A DNA stretch of 64,000 nucleotides from Lama glama (taxonomy: Eukaryota): contig CM052816.1 of NCBI GenBank assembly GCA_028534125.1, forward strand, positions 84,694,001 through 84,758,000. The letters run 5' to 3'. The translations under genes were made by a program, and so were the position numbers. Shown piece by piece: positions 51,205 to 63,500 of the stretch; the stretch's first letter is position 1, and each line of letters starts with the position of its first letter. The notes beneath the pieces were generated by a model. It was not told where the DNA came from and ran no database searches. It saw nothing but the letters and a program-made list of their open reading frames with translations.

Positions 51205-52155
51205 ATTTATTTATAACTATTTATTTATGCATTTATGCATTTATTTATGCATTTATTTTATAATATCATATTTTTAAAATTGAAGTATAGTTGATGTACA
51301 ATATTATATGTTACAGGTATACAATATAGTGATTCACAAATTCTTAAAGGTTATACTCCATGTATAGTTGTTATAAAATATTGGCTATATTCCCCATGTT
51401 GTACAATACATCCTTGTAGCTAATTTTATACCTGATAATTTGTACCTCTTAATCCTCCACCTCCATCTTGCCCCTTCCCCTTCACTTGCCCCACTAGTTC
51501 CTTCTCCATATCTATGAGTCTGTTTCTTTTCTGTTATATTCACTAGTTTGTTGTATCTTTTTAGATTCCACATGTAAGTGGTATCTTACAGTATTTGCCT
51601 TTCTCTGTCTGACTTATTTCACTTAGCTCTCCAAGCTAATGCTCTCCAAGTCCATTCATGCTGTACACCATAAACTAATACAACATTTTAAATCAACTGT
51701 ACTTCAATTAAAAAGCAACCAACCAACCAACCAACCCATTTAAAATATGGGCCGAAGAACTGAACTGACATTTTTCAAAAAGAGGAAATGCAGATGGCCA
51801 ACAGTAACATGAAAAGTTGCTCAACATCACTAGTATCAGGGAAATGCAAATCAAAATCACAATAAGATATCATCTCACACTTGTCCGAATGGCCATCATC
51901 AAAAAGAACACAAATTACAAATGTTTGCAAGGATGTGGAGAAAAGGGAACCCTTGTACACTGTTGGTAGAAATGTAAATTTGTGCAGTCACTATGGAAAA
52001 TAATATGGAGGTTTCTCAAAAACCTAAAAGTAGAACCACCATAATTATAAATATTGTTGCTGTTAATAGAAGGGGCATATATATATATTTGAATTAATGC
52101 TTTTGTTTTTCTCTAATATATGCCCAGGAGTGGAACTGCTGGGCCATATGGTGGG
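51205..52155. mobile_element. Rearranged L1 3' fragments in alternating orientation
   Basis: Minus 3' end ~51270-51662 with an (ATTT/ATGC) tail; plus-strand tail ~51660-51715; plus ORF2 piece ~51730-52042; minus piece ~52044-52154. Confidence 0.8.
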
Positions 52156-52239
52156 AAACTGACATTTAGACTGGACAAGTTTCAACTCAGGTCAAATAAA
52201 GAAAAGACTTGCTAATCTATTTTTCAAGGAACTTCCAAA

Positions 52240-52575
52240 CAGTTTAAATAATGCCAGCTATCTGGGAATGGGGATTTGGAAGACTTCCTACCACGTTCTC
52301 GCCTCTCTAGCAGCTACTACATTTCTGGATTTCATTGATTATGGGCCTTTGGTTTTCAATGCTGCTGAGTAGGAGGAGACAGGAATGGGTTAAGTTATAA
52401 TACCACAGAGCTCACTATTTATTCTGAGATTCAACTTTTCTTGAATATACACTCCCTGGAGTGTTGCAAGTTTTGGTTAATCCCAAGAATTCTTAAAAAG
52501 TTGATTTAGACAGTCCTTTCTTGGGTTTTTATTTGTTTTATCAAATAGAGGATTTTCAGAGATACCTCTCCATTC
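52240..52575 (-). mobile_element. Old L1 (L1M4/L1MB-like) 5' end
   Basis: gctcact..ctgagattcaacttttcttgaata..gttgcaagttttggttaatcccaagaattcttaaaaagttgatttagac..gaggattttcagag. Confidence 0.65.
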
Positions 52576-53391
52576 CCACTCCTGGGGCATATTTTAAATA
52601 TCATTCTTAAAGAAAATTTATGGTCTTAAATACATTTAGTAAAGAGAACATAAATTATATAAATTTTCTTTCATGTATGAAATAAGTATAGTAAACCAAA
52701 TTTAAGGAAAGAAGAAGAAGCAGACTATAGGCAAAAATGAAATAAGCAGAGAGAATAAAAATTCACTCTCATTTAAATTGTATAATAATAGAAAAAAATT
52801 AAATGTAAATTCATGCTGCATTATCTGTTAGGCTGGCAGGCTGAGAACGAGCTCTGCCTTGATGAAAGTATTGCAAAATATACACTCTTCACCAGCATCA
52901 CTTTCACACACACACATACACACATACACTCACCCTGTATGGTATGTAATTAGAGAGACTGTACAAATTCTTTCCAAACAGGCTTTCAAGAAAGACAAAT
53001 GTCAATTAGTTTCTGACCTTTGCATAAAGGTTTGTGTGTGTGTTTTTTTTATCCTGTCATTATCCAAAATTTACAGCAAGTGACAGAATAATGATCAAAT
53101 TGATTAAAGCATAAGTAAATTTTCCTTCAGGATAATTGCCAATTGCATTCATTTTTGAGATTAAATTCTTAACAAATTTAATGCCAGCAGTATTTAGAAT
53201 ACAATGATTAACTTACATTAAAGGATGGCCCTTAGCTTCCAAGTTTTAAATGTCAAGTAATTTTGTGTCTCTCACAGTGACTCAAAAAAGAAAAAAAAAA
53301 ATTCTCAGAGGAGTTATTGTCATTTAACAATTTTATAGTTTTTCTGTGAATATTAATTACAAGCTCTCCTGTGCTTCATAAAATTCTAAAA

Positions 53392-53766
53392 TATTGACCT
53401 AAAATAAGTAGACTGTCAGATATTTCTCCAGCAAAAATGATTTTTTTTGAGATCAGCAAAGAATTGTAATTCAAGGTCTGCTAACAAGGTCTGCTAACAT
53501 GTATGCTAACATGCCACATGCAAGTTCTCACACAAAAGGAATAACAAAAGTTTTATATAGAGAAAAAGGAACTTAGGAGGACTACAGTAAAAAGAAAAGA
53601 AAAGAAAAGAAAAGAATCTATGGGTTTTCATTGGCTGAATCCTTGCCAGGGAAGAAGAGGAGTCTTTTCTTCTCTCTGTTAGACCCTGCTGTCATTGCAG
53701 GGTTAGAGCTCCCACTTTTGCTCTCCCAGTTCTATTTAATTGAGGTTTCTGCTTATTAATTTTAAA
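53392..53766 (-). repeat. 3' LTR of the provirus
   Basis: Aligns end to end with 59363-59699; adjacent PPT. Confidence 0.9.
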
Positions 53767-53780
53767 CTTTCCCCTTTTGA
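53767..53780 (-). other. Polypurine tract
   Basis: Minus-strand tcAAAAGGGGAAAG immediately before the 3' LTR. Confidence 0.85.
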
Positions 53781-54129
53781 TCAAGGTCTTTCTCTGCATC
53801 ATTGATCAAGAGTCTGGTTTTCCACTTTCAGAGATTTTTTTGTCCTTCAGCGCCAGGAAGATCCTTTCCTGGGTGTCGTGTATCATGTTGGAGGGAAAGT
53901 GCACAGATTGGAAACTTACTAAGATCACATTCAAGTAACAAGGAGGCACAGGAGGGAGAATACTCAAGCACATTTTATCAAAAATCGATGTTATCAAGAT
54001 CATAGACATTGGAAGTCATCTGAATCTTAATGTCAACATCAGAGGTTTGGCAACAAATTTTCAACAGGTCTGGATATCTCAGGAAAGCTGTTTCCTCAGA
54101 TGTGTCTGCTTTAATTCTAGGAAATTTTT

Positions 54130-57100
54130 ACTTTCAGGTCACCAGATGTGCAGGTACAGCCAGGGTTTGGTGCTTTCTTTAGGTGTGTCATGTGAATCTA
54201 AGAGTCTATTAATTGAAGTTTGGCAGCACAAGCGCTGGTTAACAGTAGGTGATAGGAACCTTTCCAGCAAGGTTGAAGAGAGTCCTTCTGGAGGTTTCCA
54301 ATAGATGTTACCTCCAAGGATGCAAGGTGTGATGCTTAAGTTTTCCTCTACTGACGGCTCACTATGAGAAAACTGCACTACCAAACATAGTTTTTTTAAG
54401 AGAAGTAGTTAGGCATTTTCAGTACTGGAGTATATCTTCTTTTAACAACTATGGGTCAAAGAAGCAGACTCGATCACTGTTAAGTTTGAGAAGAGTTCCC
54501 CAGGGAGGAATAATCTTTTCCAAAAAGAGAAGAAACAGTAGCCTATCTGTAAGTGAAGGCTTCAGTCCAGTGTAAAAACAAACAGACGATGACTAAAATA
54601 TATTCATATCCATGAGACAGAAGAAGTTGTATGAAATTGATTTGCTAGAACTTGAATGGTCCATTAGGCAGTTTAAAATGTCCAGGAGCAGTATAAACAG
54701 GCTTCCCTGGGTTGGACTTTGGGCAAGTGGGACAAGTGAGGTAGGTACTTTTTGTGGTCTTGTTAATATTTCCCTACAAATATTGATTCATGAAAGCTAA
54801 CATCTTGTCAGTAGATCAATGATTTAATGCATGTACTGTAGTGAGAAGTGGGAATTTTAGAATCGCTAGTAGAATGGGTTTGTTATTTGGTCCAAACCAC
54901 AGCTTCTTCTTTTTATCAAACCAATAATTGTAGAATTTCCAACCTTATTTTTTCTTTTCTGAGACCAATTGTTGGGCTCTTATAGCCAGTTGTTTTTTTT
55001 TTTTTTTTAATTATCACTTGAGGAATTATCTATTTGGACTATGACAGAGTTTTGGCTGTTGTTGGTCTCTCTAAGTGCAGGATTCCTTGCAGGAATATCA
55101 GCAAGGTGATTTTTTATAGCTTCCAGAGAATCAAGTTAAGAATGCTCTGGAATCAAACAGTAGTTAAAGCAGCAGGTAAATAATACTGCGTCCAATAATT
55201 CCTGAATGTAGGGGCCATTTTAAATTTTATTTCAGCTGGAAGTAAGAAAGCCACATCACTTTCAAAACATTCCAAAATCCTGAGTTATTCTGAAAGCATA
55301 TCTAATATCAGTGTAAATATGGACAGTTTTGCCCTTGGCTAAAGTATGAACTTACATAAGAGTGTACAATTCAGCCTGTTGAAATGAAGTAGTCATAGGT
55401 AAAGATGCTGCCTCAACAACATCAAAAGGAGTTGTAAGAGCATCCTCAGCATAATATTTGCCACTGTCACCTTTTACATAGAAACCATCACTGAACCATG
55501 AGAAGTCAGCATCACCCAGTGAAATTTCCTATAGATCATCAGGAAGAGCCAGGAAGTGGTCAGTCAGCATGAAGTAGTTGTGAGGGACTTTGTCAGTGAC
55601 AGAGGGGAGAACGGCAATTGGGTTAAGGTTATTACAACATAAAGAAGTTATGTGAGGAGAAGTAACAAAAAGACTTCATTTTTGGTGAGATGGCTAAGAA
55701 AAATGTTGAGTGAGATAAGAATTTAGGAAATCTTCCACTGCATGAGGTACAAAAATGGTTAAAGGATATCCCACAATAATTTTCTTGGTGGCCTTAACCA
55801 AAAGAACAGGGGCCATAATGGCTCCAAGGCAAGGGGTGGGTGCCCCTGTGTCATCGGGTCCAGTTGCTGGCTACAATATCCTATGGGTCAATGGTGGTCC
55901 CAGAGTATTTGGGTGAATCCCGCAAGGGCGTTTAATTCCTTTTCATGTACAAAATAAAGAAAGGAATCCGATAATTGGGATGCTCAAGGGCAGTGGGTAC
56001 TTCAAACTCTCCTTTAAGACCTTGAAGGCTATGTCCTCCAATTCATCTCATAAAACTGGGCTAGGGTTGTTATTGTTTAGTATAAGATGCAGAAGTTTGG
56101 CCGTAAGAGAGAAATTTTGAATCCAATTTTGGCAACAACCAACTAGCCTGGGAACAATTCACAGTGGCACTTAGCTTTGCGTTTTGGATCTAGGTGTGGC
56201 CCTTGTTCTGATATCAGATGCCCTAAATATTGAACCTTGGTTTGGGCAAACTACAATTTTTCTTGGGTGATTTTATGTCCCTATAAGGCTAATGTCCCTT
56301 TGCAGCTCTTTTCCTGTGAAGGGGTTTGAGAAGGAGAACTAAGAAGCAAATCATCCACATACTGCAACAAAGTAGGACCTCTAGGGAGCTTTATATCATC
56401 CATATATAAGCCTTCAGGATTTGTGAGAAATAAGGACTCTTGGCAAAACCCTGAAACATTACTATCCAAATGAAGGCAAAAGGGATTGGTTAGCGTCATC
56501 ATCTGGAATACTAAAGGATGCACTGCATAAATCAGTTACAGTAAAGTATTTGCTTCTAGGGGAATAGATGATAGTAAAGGATGGGGTTTAGGAACAACAG
56601 GGTGTAGGGAGATAACTGTTATTTATTGCTCTGAGGTCCTGGACAAACCTCCTCCCTTGACTCTCAGGTTTTCTCATGGGTAAAATGAGAGTTTTACAGG
56701 GCACAGGGATAATGAGGCCTTGAGCCATTTAATATCCTTTTAGGAGATTTATACTTTGAAGGTCTTCTTTATTTATAGGATATTGGTTAATTCTAGGGAG
56801 AGGTTTTGAGAAATCTATTTAAATCTTGAAGGGAGGTGCACTGTGAATTTTGCCAACATCAGTTTGAGATTTTGCCCACAAGGAACGTGATAGCTGATTT
56901 AATGGGGACAAATAACAAGCATTTCCAGAATCAGCTGTAGTGCTGCCAGGCATGGAACAAATAAAGGGCATCAAAAGTCATTTAATTTACCTGGTTGGTG
57001 ATTTTGATGACTACGGTCAAGTCCATTTAGCAGTAAGAAATTCCATCCTAATACTTTGATAAAAAGCCACAGCCTAATAAGTGGGTAGGGGCAGAGGAAC

Positions 57101-57370
57101 TAAAGAGAAAAGGGTGTGTATCTTTCAAAGGGCCTAAACAAAAGGGAATTGTTTCTGAGACAGAAAACTCTTGAGGTTCATCCCCACTATTTAAATTGTT
57201 CCAGCACTTTGAGGTGCAGGCTGTTGTACAGTAGTGGGGATGAGCACCGAGAGTTTGGCTGTGGTGCTACAGTGTCGGAAGTTGAAGAGATTCAGCCTCA
57301 ATCAGTAGAAATGCTCCTCTAAGCCAATTAAGAGTGAGGATTGGGAAGAGTCCGTCTAGATCCTTTGATC
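54130..57370 (-). pseudogene. pol: Retroviral pro-pol remnant (RT, RNase H, integrase) with many stops and frameshifts
   Basis: RFVQDLRAINN, KYFTVTDLCSASFSIP, LLQYVDDLLL (~56350-56361), WFSDG, QQAELY, AKGKTVHIYTD, GHFKLPNGPF, and integrase C-terminal LQPCWKGSY..IHMTHLKKA. Confidence 0.9.
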
Positions 57371-58809
57371 CCCATCACTGAGACTCGGGAGGATGTTAGA
57401 AATGCTGGTTAGAAGGCTGAAGGAAACTAAAACATTTAAATTTGTAACAGTCACTTTTTTCAAATGTCCTGAATCTTTGCAATAATAGCAGAAACTAGGA
57501 GTAGTTTGATTTCATTTTGGAGCCTCTATTTACTGAAGTTGAGGATGACTTCTGGTGGTCTTCCTTTGAGATGATTTATCTAGAGTGGAAGAGAGTTGTT
57601 TGCCAGATTAACTAAATCAGGGGTAGACAGTTTCCCATTCCAGCCTGGTCCTTTTTATTAGAAAGGAAACATCCTTGTTCAGCCCATTAATAAACACAGA
57701 GTTAAAAGTTACCTAGGTGGAATCAACATCTGATGGAGGACAAGAATTTTCTTTAAAAAATTTTTTTGAAGAGAATTATAATAGTAATAAACAAGTTCAT
57801 CAGACTTTTGGGTACAAACCTGAATTTTGTTCCGGTTGACAGCCTTCGGAAGAACTTTAGGAACTGCTCAATGAATTTGCCTAGTGTTTCCTTGAGCCTG
57901 ATCACATGATAAATTAGCAGACTGGTCTCTGGGTTGTAATTCTAGAGACATTTCAGGATTTTCCCAGTCAGTGGTTTTCATCAAGGCATGGATTTCCCTT
58001 CATCAATAAGCATATGAATAAGCTGATATAAATCAGATAAACCAAGGCAATAAGTTTGACTGTCTATATTAAATACCTCAGCAAATCTGTGAGGATCTCC
58101 AGAAGCTTTGGGAAAGTCTTTGACTATGGCTCACAATTCAGTTTTAGTCCAGGGAATATAAGAAATTAAGGGTTTCATGTCTGGATCTTCAGAAGACTTA
58201 ATTTTAAAGGGACAGGGTCTGACAAGTTCAGAGGAAAAAAGGAATTGGGAGAGTGGCAGAGAAACGGGGAAGTTTGGCTAGAGAATTAGTTTGTGGGAAA
58301 TGAGGGCATAGAGGTGCTGATGGGATGGTCAAGAAGGAGGACAATAGTGTCAGAGGTGGAATCTGACCCAGAGGCACTGAGGGAGAAAGATGGCACTGAG
58401 GGTGGAGCCCTAGACAAGGAAGACCTAGAAGATAAGCCTGAGGCTTCAGGAGCCATTGTATTTTTCTCTTTTTGTTTGTTTGCCTCAGGGAATCTTAAAA
58501 TCTTTTTCACATAGAGGTAATCTTAGACTTCTGATTACGTTAGGAAGCCTCAAAATATCAATTGAAATGAGCAATTTACTCAGTTCTGGAAATTTTTGAA
58601 CTATGTTAATCCAATTCAGTTTTAAGGGAATTAAGTTTGGGGATTTCAAAACTCCTCATAATGTTCATTGATATTCTAAGTTGCTTTTGGTCAGGTGGGT
58701 CCATTTAGTTAGAAACGTGTATGAGGAATGATGGTGGTTTTTAAATACAAAATTGTCGGGATAACCTATTGTGGTCACCCTAAAAATACTTAGAATGCTA
58801 GTATCCCAT
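57371..58809 (-). pseudogene. gag: Retroviral gag remnant
   Basis: ATG-GGA at 58809; S/P-rich linker; YIPWTKTEL*AIVKDFPK..DPHRFAE; zinc knuckle CYYCKDSGH..DC (~57447-57490, frameshifted). Confidence 0.85.
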
Positions 58810-59342
58810 TTCTCAGAGGTTTTTCTCTAGAGTAAAGAACAGTTTTCTAACAGCTAAAACAGCTTTCAGTACTAACAGCTCAGTTCAAACAGCTTATAAG
58901 CCTGAGTACCAGCCAACTCAAAAGAAACAGCCTGGTCCTGGAGGAGCCAGGCCAAAGGCATTTTCATCCATTTCCCAGAGAATGTGTGCTTCTAAAAGAG
59001 TAGGTCAAAAGCTGAGCAGCACAGTTTTGTTTAAAGCAGTTCCCTCCAGAAGGTATTGGGCTAAAGTCATTTCTAGCCAGCTTCAGTTGAGACAGTCTGA
59101 CCTCAAGATCAGACCAAAGTGCCAAATGAGTACTTACATACAGTAAGACCTTAAGCAGAAAAAGAAAACTTAAACAGATCCCAAATAAAGCCTGGAGAAT
59201 TTCAAATGCACAGAAGGCATCAGCTCAGATCCAGGAGAAAGAAGTATCTTCAAACTCCAGGACTGGCAAGAAAGAAGTGAGTGACCATAGGATCAGTTGT
59301 GAGTACCAAACCCTTGCTCTCCACTCCTGGAGTCTTCTCTGG

Positions 59343-59360
59343 TCCCTGTACAGGCCACCA
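59343..59360 (-). other. Primer-binding site complementary to tRNA-Ile(AAU)
   Basis: TGGTGGCCTGTACAGGGA vs expected TGGTGGCCCGTACGGGGA. Both mismatches are CpG transitions. It lies 2 nt after the 5' LTR. Confidence 0.85.
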
Positions 59361-59362
59361 GA

Positions 59363-59699
59363 TGTTGACCTAAAACAAACAGACTGCAAGATATTTTTTC
59401 CAGAAAATATAGTTTCTTTGGGATCAGCAGAGAATTGCAATTCAAAGTTTGTAACCATGATGAGCCATGTACAAATTCCCACAAGCCAGACGAGGGAGAA
59501 CACTTCAATAGAGGAGAAAGGAAATTGGGAGAGCTACAGTAAACAGAGTCCTTCGCTTTTCATTGGCTGAGTTCAACCAGGAAAGAAGAGGAGTCTTCCT
59601 CCTGTTGGTCTCTGCTATCATAGCAGGATGTGAGAGCTCCTCCTTCTGATCATTGAACTGTATTTAATTAGTAACAGATTCCTGTTTACTAATTTTACA
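59363..59699 (-). repeat. 5' LTR of the provirus
   Basis: TG...CA termini, CCAAT box (cagccaatg on minus) and adjacent PBS. Confidence 0.9.
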
Positions 59700-60409
59700 A
59701 AAATGATATTTAATAGAATGTTTTCATGATAATTAAAATAAGGGAGGGATATTTAAACATCTTCAATTCCATTTTGTTTTCAGGTCTTTTTACATTTGTT
59801 GGATTGTACCAACAAAAGGATTTGCTTATTTATGCTTTACATTTCAAACATCAAGTAGGAAGTTATAAAATTACACTTTGTGCAAGTCAATTTCATTTAA
59901 TGAAATGTTATATGAAATACACTGAAACTATTCTAATGTGCAAGCCTACTTTAAATACTTAATCCATATTTTACTAGTAATAAATTATATTTGATCTCTT
60001 GGATACACAGGCTTTTCTCTGTATAATGACAATGATTTTGTCTACCTTCCTGTTATTAAGAGAATGGAACAGGTTACTATTTAAATTCATCTAAAACTGT
60101 ATGGCTCATAGTATTTGTTAAAGAAATGTTTATTCACACTGGCTCTAATATAGGCTTACTTTTCCCTATGGATCAGCTGCCAAACATGAGCTAGAAAATG
60201 GAATTCATGTTCTAATTCTCAGCTCAAGTCTAATGTTTGACTTTAAAATCTTATGTTTGTCTTCTTCACTTCCCCACCCTTGTCGTAAATTTTAAATTAT
60301 TTTCCCCTAAATTTCTTATTTAATTTTTAACATTTGATTTCATGTTTTGATAAGCCATTTTTGATAATTTTGATTTGACATGAATTAATACTCAAGAAAT
60401 TCTAACAAC

Positions 60410-60530
60410 TCCTTAATTATTACTACTATCCTGATTTCACAGGTCTGAAAACTGAAGTACAGAGAGGTTTAGTAACTTGTCCCTGGAGGCACAGCCTGTA
60501 AGTAGTGAAGGTTGGAGTCCACCCAGGCAA
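60410..60530 (-). mobile_element. MIR fragment
   Basis: gaaaactgaagtacagagaggtttagtaacttgtccctggaggcacagc. Confidence 0.75.
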
Positions 60531-60579
60531 TTTAAATAATATGTTTTACTGTCCTATTGCAAGTATAAAGCATTAAAAA

Positions 60580-61210
60580 AAAAACTGAAGCATTTTGCTA
60601 GAAATAACTGTCAGATGGAAAAAACAGTACGTGTGAAAGGATGACAATAAATGTAGGTGTTGAGTGCAATTTAAGCAATTAAGGCAGAAAAGACTTCACT
60701 GAGTAAGTGGAATAAGTGACATTTGGGTAAAAGCCTGAAGAAAGTGCGGCTGCAGATATCTGAAAGAAGAGGTTTCTTGCAAGTGCAAAGACTTCGCAGG
60801 CCTGAAAATTCTAGAGGAAGGAGATCAGTATAGGTGGAGCAGGATAAGTCCTGGGGAGACAGAATATGTTCATGCTCAATATAGCTAGAGTGGAGATCCT
60901 GCTCATCACATTAACACCTCCTCCACCCATCATCTTGATGCTCCCTTCATTCTTCTTATTGTTCCAATCACTAAATGTATTCATTCTTGATTTCCCTCTT
61001 TTTTCCTCATCAACAACAGGGTATCTTACTACCTTCAAAATACACCAACAATCCACCCACTTCCTTCACTGCTACTGCACCTGAAACCAGCTCAGAGATT
61101 CTCTGTAGCTGGTCCAAAATATGGTACAACGTGGTCCAATGAAAACATACGTGAAATCTGTTACTCCACCTCTCAAAACCTGCAATGGTTCTGAATCGCA
61201 TTCAGAGATA
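60580..61210. mobile_element. L2 fragments (minus ~60580-60800, plus ~60870-61210)
   Basis: gacttcactgag..gtgacatttgggtaaaagcctgaagaaag; catcttgatgctccc..accttcaaaatacacc..ctccacctctcaaaacctgcaatgg. Confidence 0.55.
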
Positions 61211-61526
61211 GATCCAATAATTTATTCTTATTATCACTGTTGTGTTCCATTATTATTTGCTTTGCTGTCTATTTATTATTATTTATTTATTATTAGTAAC
61301 AGGATAAATTAAATTTGAAAAAATCTCATATTTATTAATTCTGTGAAACTTTCATATATTTACCTTAAAATCACTAACTCTTCAACTGTATATAATCTGT
61401 TTTTCTTTTTACCAAGAGTGATGATTAATTTTATGTATCAATTTAACTACATTATAATACATAGTTATTTAATTAAACACTAATATAGACATTGCTATGA
61501 AAGTATTTTGAAGATATGGTTATGGT

Positions 61527-62690
61527 ATTGTGATTTATATAAATACATATTTCGGGTTTTGTTCATGGTTCCTGGTTCTCCTTGAATTTCTTAAGCCATA
61601 GATCAATGGGAGCATGTTTGGTTTTAATATTTTGTCTCTTAAAAAGATTATTGAAATGCAGTTGATTTACAATGTTAGTTTTAGATGTACAGCAAAGTGA
61701 TTCAGTTATACATATACATACATATATATTTTTTTCCTTTTCAAATTCTTTTCCATTATGTTATTACAAGAAATTGAATATAGTTCTCTGTGCTATATAG
61801 TAGGTCCTTATTGTTTATTTTATATATAGTAATGTATGTTTGTTAATCCCCTCAGAGAAAGTCAAATATCATATGTTATCATTTATATTTGGAATCTAAA
61901 AAAATGATACAAATTCTATTTACAAACCAAAAACAGACTCATGGACATGGAAAATAAACAATGGCTATCAAAGAGGCAAGGGTGGGGAGGGATAAATTAG
62001 GGACTGGGGATTAATATTTGATTTTTTGTCCTCAGTTCCAAAAATCACTCCAAAGCCATAAAGGTGAAATGGGTGTCTTGTTAGTCATGATAAGCCTCTT
62101 TCACTGACACCTGAGTTTATGCTAATGAGTTGACTTCTGGAAAGCACCTAGGTAACCTAAGGATGAAGGCTAGCTGCTTCCATGTGATTAGAGGGTTGGA
62201 ACTTTCAGCCTCACCTCCTGACCTTTGGAGACTGAGTTCCATTATCCCCAGCCAATGTTTTAATCAATCACATCTATATCATAAAGCCTCCAAAAAAATC
62301 CCCAAATGAGGGGATTTGGATAGCTTTCAGGTTGGTGAAACAGAATTCATCCACATCCTGGATGGATGGTTCACCCCAAACTCACAGAGTCAGAAGGTCT
62401 TGTGTTCAAAACCCTTCAAGACCTCACCCTATGTATTTGTTCATCTGGCTATTTATTGATATCTTGTAATATACTGTGTAATAAACCAGTAATCTAGTAA
62501 GTAAGCTGGCTCCCCAAGCTCTAGCAAATTAATTAAATCCAATGATGGGGATCTTGGGAACTTCCAACTTATAGCCAGTTGGTTAGCAGAACAGGTAACA
62601 ACTTGGACTTGTGACTGGCATCTGAAGTAGGGGCAGTCTTACGGGCCTGAACCCTTATCAATGGGATCTGACAAAGTAGAGAATGTCACA
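61527..62690 (+). mobile_element. ERVL LTR, MER21-like, interrupted by an L1
   Basis: cacctgagtttatgctaatgag, catgtgattagagggttggaactttcagcc, taataaaccagtaat, cttgtgactggcatctgaagt. Confidence 0.8.
61641..62010 (-). mobile_element. Short L1 with a 5' inversion
   Basis: Minus 3' end 61641-61850, inverted plus segment 61851-62010, degenerate TSD ttaatattt(t)g.. at 61624 and 62011. Confidence 0.8.
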
Positions 62691-62989
62691 TTTTCTTACA
62701 TTGCCCACTTTCATAATACATGGGCTCCACAATTGATAATTCCACATGAAGAAGAAAACACTCAAGGTATGTGAGACCCAATGTGGAGCCAAGCAGCCAT
62801 AATACTAGTCTTTTATTAAAGAGGTCCTATCATGTCCTGCCTTGTTGTAAATTCTTCCTGACCAGAGTGCTAGATCTCAGTGACAACAAACTCATTTATG
62901 TAGAATACTTGTGAAATGCCCAGAAGTTTGGTTGATTTTGCTGCAAAGGAGTACAATCTAATGAGGATGAAATATACTCTCATGATTTT

Positions 62990-63500
62990 TTTATATCACA
63001 AGATATAGAAAGCCTCATACAAACTGGATTAAAAAATAAAGGTAATTAAATAACCCATAATTTCAAAAAAAGGCAAAATAAAAGTAAGCCTTGATCTATC
63101 AACTCAATGTCATCAAGGACTCTCCTCTCTCTTCTTCCTTCCATTGTATCTTTAGGCTGGCTCTTCTCACAGATATAAGGTAGCTCCTAATAACTATAAT
63201 GGATATATATGTTTCTTTAACACTACCAAATGTAAAAGTAGAGTCTTTGTTCCAGTGTTTCAGTCTCTTGTGGATTGTTCACCCAGCAGAGATGATTAGC
63301 ACTATTGTAATGACTCAGCTATAAAAGCATATCCTATTCCAATCACTGTTGGTGGGGATATGAGATGAATTGCTTGGAGCACACATGTATCCTATGTTCT
63401 ATCCAGGCCCACTGGGTGAAGTCCGGGTTCCCCAAATCAAATAGATCCTCAAATGTTGAGGATGGGGATGAATGCTGGGAAGACAAACAAAAAATACCTT
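62990..63500 (-). mobile_element. MaLR LTR, MLT1K-like
   Basis: caaactggattaaaaaataaagg..ctcaatgtcatcaaggac..ccaatcactg..ggttccccaaatcaaat..ggggatgaatgctggg. Confidence 0.55.

Larger units (their letters stand above)
53392..59699 (-). mobile_element. Decayed env-less ERV1-class provirus (gamma/epsilon-like, Ile-primed)
   Basis: Paired LTRs, AAAA flanks (53388-53391, 59700-59703), PBS, PPT, and gag and pol motifs in the correct order. Confidence 0.92.

Noticed and set aside
58286..58514. Ser/Pro-rich and acidic ORFs
   Set aside because: They are the gag linker region and its antisense frame, not separate genes.
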